A stretch of DNA of 14,062 nucleotides from a bacterium (lineage in GTDB: Bacteria > Oederibacteriota > PGYV01 > Palsa-1178): contig JBAXIL010000042.1 of the NCBI GenBank assembly GCA_037138355.1, positions 1 to 14,062 on the forward strand. The letters are read 5' to 3'. The notes beneath the pieces were generated by a model, which was not told the DNA's origin, did no database searches, and worked only from the letters and a program-made list of their open reading frames with translations. Of the stretch, positions 8,401 to 14,062 are shown one piece after another. The translations under genes were made by a program, and so were the position numbers. Within the stretch, counting starts at the first letter, position 1. The number at the start of each line of letters is the position of its first letter.

Positions 8401-9167
8401 AATGACGCTTTCATGGCACCAGTGCCAAGAGAAGCTTTTTCAGTAGTCCTGCTCGCATCTGTCGAACACGACCATGTCCCAGCCGCCGCCCACTTTAATC
8501 TGCCAGTTGACTCAAAATCATCTATAACTACTTCTTTTAAACCTGCAGGATCTTTTTCAGGAACTAAAAATACTGCTTTTTCGCCATTCATTTGAATATT
8601 ATCCAAAGCGATAAAACCATTTGTTTTTCTATCGGGTTCAACTACGATACCAAACCTACGAACATTGGAAATATCTTTTATCATACCATTGTAATTACCA
8701 TTAGTTCCATAAGTTGCAGTTTTAAGATTGAAGGTTATGCCCTTGTTCCATCCAGGTATCAGATTTTGTCTAACGCTCTCATGATATAACCAGTTGTTTC
8801 CTGTTTTAAGCATTAAGAAAATTTTCATGTTAGCAAGCGACGAATTATAAATATCAAACTTTACTTCATTAACTCCGTCCAAACTTCCAGTATCAAACAG
8901 TTGTATCGCTCCCTGCTGGCCTGCTTGAGTAGCGTCCAACTGCACTTCAAGCGATTTAGTTCCAGTGCTTACATAATCACTACCAAGCTTTGGCTTAGAC
9001 AAGATATTATTAGTCCAGTCATCAGTTGTCCAGTCAGCTATCTTTTCAAAATCATTCCAAACATAAAACTTAGACGGATTAATAATTTCCTCAGCAGAAA
9101 AAATAGTAAATGGAAAAAGAATAATTAGAATTGAAAAAGACAGGAAATAAGCAATTTTTTTGCGCAA
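5481..9167 (-). CDS. Large exported protein with four CBM-like repeats and a predicted C-terminal outer-membrane beta-barrel
   Basis: 1228 aa, TTG start with AGGAGG RBS and a signal peptide. Four repeats of about 160 aa share FE...W...D[IV]Y[NY]...[KS]T[GD]...W...GWN[KR]...[IVL]x[LFV]DN. The last ~460 aa have alternating hydrophobic strands and end in KYMFTLKGRF, a BAM beta-signal-like terminus. Confidence 0.8.
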   Translation of the reverse strand: MRKKIAYFLSFSILIILFPFTIFSAEEIINPSKFYVWNDFEKIADWTTDDWTNNILSKPKLGSDYVSTGTKSLEVQLDATQAGQQGAIQLFDTGSLDGVNEVKFDIYNSSLANMKIFLMLKTGNNWLYHESVRQNLIPGWNKGITFNLKTATYGTNGNYNGMIKDISNVRRFGIVVEPDRKTNGFIALDNIQMNGEKAVFLVPEKDPAGLKEVVIDDFESTGRLKWAAAGTWSCSTDASRTTEKASLGTGAMKASFDLTMPGQNAVFMIEDSLDLSDVFEMKADVYYPYDFPTSMSMALSTGDKWEWQEAKASRLKKGWNKDVTFNLKEKKWKNEASKWEATGLPVDTKNVKRLCLTIFPPDMGKGYVIFDNVRLKTSAPEKLAGLIPQNTGDLAFAPWNSFEKGVNWNTDSDQSGAVALYPAVDFGGEKNRGMQTVFSTQNNVDKAMYSYAANLDFSNSVGVKVDIYNPNTFPVKISFAFSTGDDLNWIETKQIGIAPGWNRAVYIDFTTASFKSADSNWNYKDYFDKRNDIRKMHFQIYPDQKVKGSLYLTDFKLARRNFFGEIGKKIGLTFNNTSRMVVEPIKYVMHSMIDGTFETITNWSPANIAGWGAAKVELSTKYASQGNKSIKLSFKDIGIKSGLQYVSSGPFDITDYKNVVVDVYNPGKILTLTMALKTDAPGNVWYESNAVVYIYPGWNKNVKINLNTNDWKQVIGTTQKMPISILAADKAVMKALYLVFAGGYEGTVYVDNLRWGTSSILGITDAAVEQDINLEMSPMDALTARVTFRGGYYHGQNVDLNVKSAYLTLRGFGNELNFSAGEPVKVFDDVFGLVDSGALGPNVMGLSLAGTICPINTSYMLMGLSLNNAEPWKLGNTFVGTARLKTYLFDKNYIGLMYLNDRRGYANNADIFKADVEQSAQVIGGDTSVAIPVANLFDLNVKGEYLYTLYGTNSPIYMFPDPPPSYIIQSIGTDSNKLLSYTELNMHLGLLSFYGYYRHIGEAFASYYTNPDIKAGQVNKVGQITCTMDDLPPFSILKTISPDFAAFVRNTNMMVEYDAGKSMVDTYSRYTITMDLKNDEALALYNYHIWAKYNYEGNLYKVPSLTVTGVTKILVMDLVTFKLLGRLQNTEGPVGDLLTMTKYTNITGFVEASVRFLKDFKLTGSYKGLSTVNNTKYSNWYAGLEGSVFSGALSFTLSYGDPPLSGYWLNDYNNETVQKYMFTLKGRF
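6900..9065 (-). repeat. Four diverged protein-level CBM-like repeats (about 9065-8586, 8531-8040, 7979-7494, 7391-6900)
   Basis: Recurring motifs: FDIYN/ADVYYP/VDIYNP/VDVYNP; KTGNNW/STGDKW/STGDDLNW/KTDAPGNVW; PGWNK/KGWNK/PGWNR/PGWNK; IALDNI/VIFDNV/LYLTDF/VYVDNL. Confidence 0.85.
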
Positions 9168-9221
9168 CTTAATATGCCTCCTGAAGATTTGTTTGTAAAA
9201 TATCGTTCACCTTAAGTAAAC

Positions 9222-9250
9222 ATATTATTACCGAAACCGCTTTCAGTCAA
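9222..9250 (-). promoter_or_regulatory. Sigma70-type promoter of the CBM-barrel/GH5/lipoprotein operon
   Basis: Minus strand reads TTGACT (9250-9245), 17 nt, TAATAT (9227-9222), about 55 nt upstream of the TTG start. Confidence 0.6.
9232..9245. promoter_or_regulatory. cre-like / LacI-family operator in the promoter spacer
   Basis: Minus strand TGAAAGCGGTTTCG fits cre consensus TGWNANCGNTNWCA at all but the last position. It is a GAAA-n-CG-n-TTTC pseudo-palindrome with a central CG in an otherwise very AT-rich intergenic region. Confidence 0.55.
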
Positions 9251-9322
9251 GCAATAAGATTAACTTTTAATACAATTTTAGCAAATTTTTTGAGTCATAA
9301 TAACTAAGGTTATTACAAACAG

Positions 9323-10834
9323 TTATTTACTTTTGCGGGCTTTAAAAAAAGCCGCTTTAACTGCTTGAAATTTATCTTTACCACATGCCAAAGCCGCTGA
9401 AAGTGGCGCTACTTCCTTCGTAACTGCTGCCATTTGAGCCGAGATATTCTGTATATCCCACTGTGCATGCCAATCCATTCTTAATCTGGTTATATGATAT
9501 AGCTCGCGTAGATTAGCATTCACTAAAACTCTGCGTTTATGAGCATTTGTCAAAATATATTCTGCCGCCTGTGGAGCAGTTTTAGCAATTTTCTTATATG
9601 CCACTTCTGTTTCATCAATTACTTTTTTAAAGATATCCTGCTGCTTTGTTTCAATAATTGAAGGTGGCATTGTATAACCCAATTTAATATCATAAGGTTG
9701 TTTTGATATAGACATCATTCTGTGCCGTTTTAACTGAGCAAAAGCACTTGAGCTTAATGATATCTCATATACAAAGTTTACATCTTCAAACTCTCTATAT
9801 AGAGAATCGTGTTCACCCAAATCTTTAAAAATAGTTTTATAGAACTTAATAATTTCTGTCTTACTCATTTTTCTTGCCGCACGAATAGCTGCCTCATAAG
9901 ATCTTCCAGAATATGCCTGCATCATAGCAGCAATAATCTTCATATCTGGGTCCTTAGTCCAATCTACAAGCATGACATCAAACTTACCCTGTTTTGTAGC
10001 ATCAACTGGTATTTTAACCGCTTTTACTGCTTTTGCCGCAGTACTTGCACCTGTTTTTATTAGACCGTCTGATACTTCCTTCCCAAATTGTTTTTTAAAA
10101 GCTTCAGGGTCAGAAAGAATTATTAGCGATGGCACAATCTGTTTTGTTGCATTGTAAAGCGCTTCACCAAGTTGTCTGACTTCAGCGAGTGGATAATATT
10201 TTAGTTTTCTGATTATGTGTTCAAGATTTCTTGAGTTAGATGAAAATCCAAGCTGACACTCTGTTGCTAAAGCTAAAGCATAGCGTGCATCCTCTTTAGC
10301 CCAGCCCTCTAAAAGATTTTGTCCTGACTTAGTCTGAAGTTGTTCAGGATACTGATTTTTGCGATGTTCATGAAGTATAGGAAATAACTGTTTATAAACA
10401 ACGACTTGTTTTGCAATAATATCATTAAATATTTTTTTCTCATTTACACCAAACTCCTGCGGTGTCACATAATCGCCTTCAAGAGTGATATAGCGCTGGG
10501 ATTTTTCTGTATAAGAACATAATCTCGCTTCTTGAAGGGATTCAACAGCAAGACGAGAAAGTCCGAGTATGTCAAAATTAAGATAGGCGTGTTCTGCTAC
10601 AGAGTGATGTCCCATTTTAAAAACTATAGCTTCATTTGATTTTCTTGCTTTATCCACTTCCTCAAGCGAATCAGCACGCAGTTCATCTACGCGTCTTGAG
10701 TCACGGCTTATTCTTGCATACGCAGCCGAAATAGTTTCAGGTGATATATTATTTTTGCCATCCCATTTTGATTTTTTAAGTTTTTCTAAAATATCTGCAT
10801 CAGCGTTATAACCTGCCAGTTTTACTTCAAGCAT
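9323..10834 (-). CDS. thyX: FAD-dependent thymidylate synthase, fused two-Thy1-domain form
   Basis: Motifs GHHSVAEH, SRL...SYTEKSQRY and EDARYAL in domain 1; AQLKRHR and NLRELYHITRLR..HAQWDI in domain 2. At 503 aa it is about twice the size of single-domain ThyX. GGGAGG RBS. Confidence 0.92.
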   Translation of the reverse strand: MLEVKLAGYNADADILEKLKKSKWDGKNNISPETISAAYARISRDSRRVDELRADSLEEVDKARKSNEAIVFKMGHHSVAEHAYLNFDILGLSRLAVESLQEARLCSYTEKSQRYITLEGDYVTPQEFGVNEKKIFNDIIAKQVVVYKQLFPILHEHRKNQYPEQLQTKSGQNLLEGWAKEDARYALALATECQLGFSSNSRNLEHIIRKLKYYPLAEVRQLGEALYNATKQIVPSLIILSDPEAFKKQFGKEVSDGLIKTGASTAAKAVKAVKIPVDATKQGKFDVMLVDWTKDPDMKIIAAMMQAYSGRSYEAAIRAARKMSKTEIIKFYKTIFKDLGEHDSLYREFEDVNFVYEISLSSSAFAQLKRHRMMSISKQPYDIKLGYTMPPSIIETKQQDIFKKVIDETEVAYKKIAKTAPQAAEYILTNAHKRRVLVNANLRELYHITRLRMDWHAQWDIQNISAQMAAVTKEVAPLSAALACGKDKFQAVKAAFFKARKSK

Positions 10835-10889
10835 ATTCCGCCTCCCGATTTTAGTAGTTCTGATAAATCAAATACTATAATTCCTAATA

Positions 10890-10918
10890 ATAATAACAAT
10901 ACAAAGGATTTTAATCAA
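10890..10918 (-). promoter_or_regulatory. Sigma70-type promoter for thyX
   Basis: Minus strand reads TTGATT (10918-10913), 17 nt, TATTAT (10895-10890), with an extended TGn. The region is AT-rich, so chance matches are possible. Confidence 0.5.
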
Positions 10919-10933
10919 TACGAAATAATAAAT

Positions 10934-11536
10934 TTAGGACTTTTCCCCAAACTTTTTTTGAACAATTAATTCAATTTCATCCAGTGTTTCTTTTGCTTGC
11001 TTTCCATAAGCAATAAACTCAAGCTGTTCGCCCTGTCCAACACACATTGAAACAAGATCAAGAGCAGCAAGAACTGTTTTCACATTCATGAAAGACTTCC
11101 CATTAAGTTTAAAATTATAATGTTCCATACCTTCTCTATGCAAATATAGCTCGCAGTCATGTTTCTTTGCTATTGCCACAAGCTTACTGGAGGGTCTGAC
11201 ATGCAGTCCGTTTTCATTAGTTATTGTTATTACCCGTCTGTCAAAATCATTATTCTCTAAAGATTCTCTTTCTTGCCTCCAAACAGGAGCGTATTTTTCA
11301 GTCCATTCTTCTACTTCCCCACCTTTTGCTATATATTCCTTTATTTTTACCACTTGTTGCATATTATCATGCCTTATTTTTTCAAGCTTCCACTCGTCCA
11401 TGTATTTATCAAGAAAATCAACTATGGCCTCTTCTATAGTCACTTCTTTCCCATTTTTTTGTGACATAAAATACTTATGATCCTGTATGGCTCGTAACTC
11501 AACCGCTGTAATATCTTTTATATCAATCTTAGTCAT
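10934..11536 (-). CDS. DUF4032-like domain fused to an HPr-family phosphocarrier domain
   Basis: The C-terminal half has ITITNENGLHVRPSSKLV (HPr His15 motif, H112) and MNVKTVL...GQGEQLEFIAYGKQAKETLDEI. The N-terminal IQDHKYFMSQKNGKEVTIEEAIVDFLDKY resembles the DUF4032 motif (H[KR]W[FY]xSExxGxxVxxxEAxxD). AGGAG RBS. Confidence 0.8.
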   Translation of the reverse strand: MTKIDIKDITAVELRAIQDHKYFMSQKNGKEVTIEEAIVDFLDKYMDEWKLEKIRHDNMQQVVKIKEYIAKGGEVEEWTEKYAPVWRQERESLENNDFDRRVITITNENGLHVRPSSKLVAIAKKHDCELYLHREGMEHYNFKLNGKSFMNVKTVLAALDLVSMCVGQGEQLEFIAYGKQAKETLDEIELIVQKKFGEKS

Positions 11537-11566
11537 TTCTGCTCCTATAAAATATAATTTTCATGT

Positions 11567-11575
11567 ATTATAACA
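11567..11575 (-). promoter_or_regulatory. Extended -10 promoter for the HPr-fusion gene
   Basis: Minus strand TGTTATAAT (perfect TGn-TATAAT) 30 nt upstream of the ATG, with a weak -35 TTCAAT at 17-nt spacing (11595-11590). Confidence 0.55.
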
Positions 11576-11649
11576 TAAAATAGCATTTGATTGAATTATT
11601 CTTTTAGCGTTTTTAGATAGGATAAATCATCAAAACGATTAATAATTAT

Positions 11650-11680
11650 AAAAAAAAAGGAGGCCTTTCGGCCTCCTTTT
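11650..11680 (-). terminator. Rho-independent terminator of ppdK
   Basis: Minus strand AAAAGGAGGCC-GAAA-GGCCTCC-T9: perfect GC-rich stem, GNRA loop and U-tract, 15 nt after the ppdK stop. Confidence 0.93.
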
Positions 11681-11695
11681 ATGTCAAATATTTCC

Positions 11696-14062
11696 TTATT
11701 TATCTTTTTCAGCCTTCTTATTTCCTGATTTTAAATCATTTGCTTTTATTGCCGCATGAGCTGCTGCAAGTCTTGCAATAGGTACTCTGTATGGTGAGCA
11801 TGATACATAATCAAGTCCTGCTCCGTTAAAGAACTCAACTGATGCAGGGTCTCCACCATGTTCTCCACAGATACCGATTTTAAGTTTTGCTTTTACTTTG
11901 CGACCTTTGTCCACAGCCATTTTCACAAGTGCGCCTACGCCCACCTGGTCTAATGTTTGGAACGGATCATCAGTAAATATTTTCTTTTCAATATATGCCT
12001 TAGTAAATCCGCCAGCATCATCACGCGAGAATCCTAAAGTTGTCTGCGTTAAATCGTTGGTTCCAAATGAGAAAAACTCTGCTTCTTCTGCGATTTCATC
12101 AGCAGTAACAGCTGCTCTTGGAACTTCAATCATAGTTCCCACCAAGTACTCTATTTTTACACCTTTATCAGCCATAACTGCCTTGGCTGTTGCATCTACT
12201 ATATTCTTCTGGTCCTTAAACTCTTTTACATTTCCAACAAGTGGTATCATTATTTCAGGAATAATCTTTTTACCAGTTTTATTGAGCTCAATTGCGGCTT
12301 CAATAACGGCGCGTGTCTGCATTTCTGAAATCTCTGGATAAGTAATACCCAAACGGCAACCTCTGTGTCCTAACATAGGGTTGAACTCGTGTAGTTCTTC
12401 AACACGAGCTAAAAGAGTTTTTGCTTTCTGTAAATCAGTTCCTGTACCTTTAATTAAATCAAGTGATTTTTTCAGCATTTCATTGTTCATCTTTACTTTA
12501 CCTAATGCTTCCATCTTAGCAACTTCAACCATAAGTTCTTCGCGTTTCGGTAGGAACTCATGAAGAGGTGGATCCAAGAATCTGATAGTAACTCCGTAAC
12601 CTTCCATAGTTTCGAAAAGTCCTTTAAAATCACTTTTCTGCATTGGGAGAAGTTTCGCAAGAGCTATTCTTCTTCCAGCTTCGTCAGATGCTAAAATCAT
12701 TTCCTGCATATAAGGCAATCTGTCAGCATCAAAGAACATATGTTCTGTTCTGCAAAGACCGATACCTTCTGCGCCGTATTGTCTTGCAACTTTAGCGTCT
12801 CTTGGTACATCTGCATTAGCTCTTACTTTTATTGTTTTGAACTCGTCAACCCATTTCATAAAAGTTCCGAATTCGCCTTCCATTTTAGGTTCCATAGTAG
12901 CAACTTTTCCACTCATAACCTGTCCTGTTGTTCCATCGATTGATATCCAATCGCCTTCTTTTATTACTAACCCTGTTGCTTTTACAGTCATTGATTTTGT
13001 TTTCTCTGATACTAATAACCCTTCGCATCCTGCTACGCAAACTTTACCCATCTGTCTTGCTACAACTGCAGCGTGTGATGTTGCTCCGCCGCGTGCTGTT
13101 AATATACCAGTAGCTGCGTCCATTCCGTGTATATCATCTGGTGATGTTTCCTGTCTTACAAGAATAACTTTTTCACCTTTTTCTTTCCATTCTACTGCAG
13201 CATCTGCTGTAAATATGGCTTTACCAGAAGCGGCTCCAGGTGAAGCATTAAGACCTTTTGCAATTACTGTCTTTTCTGCTTTTGGATCAAATACAGGGTG
13301 CAATAACTGATCCAACTGAACCGGCTCTACTCTTAAAATCGCTTCTTCTTTTGTGATTAATTTTTCTTTGAACATATCTACGGCTATTTTTACAGCAGCC
13401 ATACCTGTTCTTTTTCCAGAACGAGTCTGAAGCATGTAAAGCTTACCTTTTTCAATTGTAAATTCAAAATCCTGCACATCGCGATATTTCTTTTCGAGTT
13501 TTGATGTAATATCCATAAGTTGTTTGTAAACTTTAGGCATATCTTTACCGAGGTTCGCAATCTTATTAGGTGTTCTAACTCCTGCTACAACATCTTCGCC
13601 CTGTGCATTTAACAAATATTCTCCATAAGGAACTTTTTCTCCAGTGGCTGGATTTCTTGTAAACCCAACACCTGTACCTGAATCATTTCCCATATTTCCA
13701 AATACCATCGCCTGTACTGTTACAGCTGTTCCTATTGATTCAGAAATGTTATTTGCTTTTCTATAAAATATTGCTCTATCATTCATCCATGATTTAAACA
13801 CAGCATCGCGTGCGCCCTTTAACTGTTCTATAGCATCTTGTGGAAAATCTTTTCCAAGTGATTTTTTTACAAATGCTTTAAACTCCAAAGCCATATCTTT
13901 CATATCATCAGCAGTAAAATCTATATCCAATTTAATTCCTTTTTTCTTTTTTCTTGCATCTATTAAGTGTTCAAACTCTTTTTTTGAAAGGTCCATAACA
14001 ACATCAGCATACATTTGTATAAATCTTCTATAGGAATCCCAAGCAAAACGAGGATTTTTTGT
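11696..14062 (-). CDS. ppdK: Pyruvate, phosphate dikinase (5' end lies outside the window)
   Basis: The frame is open from the window edge (TKNPRFAWDSYRRFIQMY). Motifs include QAMVFGN, SGTGVGFTRNPATGE, NAQGEDVVAG, LQTRSGKRT, phospho-His motif GGATSHAAVVAR, GIGLCRTEHMF, NPMLGHRGCRLG, FSFGTNDLTQ, GICGEHGGDP and YVSCSPYRVP. Confidence 0.98.
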   Translation of the reverse strand, partial: TKNPRFAWDSYRRFIQMYADVVMDLSKKEFEHLIDARKKKKGIKLDIDFTADDMKDMALEFKAFVKKSLGKDFPQDAIEQLKGARDAVFKSWMNDRAIFYRKANNISESIGTAVTVQAMVFGNMGNDSGTGVGFTRNPATGEKVPYGEYLLNAQGEDVVAGVRTPNKIANLGKDMPKVYKQLMDITSKLEKKYRDVQDFEFTIEKGKLYMLQTRSGKRTGMAAVKIAVDMFKEKLITKEEAILRVEPVQLDQLLHPVFDPKAEKTVIAKGLNASPGAASGKAIFTADAAVEWKEKGEKVILVRQETSPDDIHGMDAATGILTARGGATSHAAVVARQMGKVCVAGCEGLLVSEKTKSMTVKATGLVIKEGDWISIDGTTGQVMSGKVATMEPKMEGEFGTFMKWVDEFKTIKVRANADVPRDAKVARQYGAEGIGLCRTEHMFFDADRLPYMQEMILASDEAGRRIALAKLLPMQKSDFKGLFETMEGYGVTIRFLDPPLHEFLPKREELMVEVAKMEALGKVKMNNEMLKKSLDLIKGTGTDLQKAKTLLARVEELHEFNPMLGHRGCRLGITYPEISEMQTRAVIEAAIELNKTGKKIIPEIMIPLVGNVKEFKDQKNIVDATAKAVMADKGVKIEYLVGTMIEVPRAAVTADEIAEEAEFFSFGTNDLTQTTLGFSRDDAGGFTKAYIEKKIFTDDPFQTLDQVGVGALVKMAVDKGRKVKAKLKIGICGEHGGDPASVEFFNGAGLDYVSCSPYRVPIARLAAAHAAIKANDLKSGNKKAEKDK

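Noticed and set aside
9194..9211. TGTAA...TCAC as a CRP-like site
   Set aside because: The half-site spacing does not fit TGTGA-N6-TCACA.
190..11464. Other short overlapping or antisense ORFs (190-381, 760-957, 1512-1727, 1517-1723, 4851-5174, 7324-7539, 8113-9128 group, 9809-10157, 11224-11464)
   Set aside because: All lie within longer, well-supported CDSs and have no recognisable protein features.
11898..13310. Plus-strand ORFs antisense to ppdK (147, 60, 67, 157 and 61 aa)
   Set aside because: Shadow ORFs opposite a highly conserved, codon-biased gene, with no recognisable motifs.
1..14062. CRISPR array, tRNA/rRNA, riboswitch, IS element or integrase
   Set aside because: No regularly spaced DNA repeats, structured-RNA signatures or transposase/recombinase motifs were seen. 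Intergenic regions are short and AT-rich.
1..14062. Specific taxonomic assignment
   Set aside because: Gene content suggests a low-GC, probably anaerobic diderm, possibly a poorly cultured lineage, but nothing here allows a named assignment without a database search.

Overview
AT-rich bacterial DNA, probably from a diderm (it encodes a lipoprotein and a predicted outer-membrane beta-barrel ending in Phe). Left to right: (1) the 3' end of comM/yifB on +; (2) a self-promoted minus-strand gene for a secreted protein (uncharacterised N-terminal domain plus TolB-like PD40 propeller), bracketed by a 107-bp, 87%-identical duplication of the comM 3' end, which looks like an integrase-less islet inserted in comM; (3) a three-gene minus-strand operon encoding a 1228-aa protein with four CBM-like repeats and a C-terminal beta-barrel, an 808-aa tandem GH5 protein with one degenerate and one intact catalytic domain, and a CBM-like lipoprotein, under a sigma70 promoter containing a cre/LacI-type operator; (4) a tandem two-domain thyX; (5) a DUF4032-like::HPr fusion; (6) a rho-independent terminator and the 5'-truncated ppdK. 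The operon is the best candidate for an undescribed system: a SusC/D- and TonB-independent outer-membrane glycan capture, cleavage and transport module. All family assignments come from recognising motifs by eye; no searches were run.
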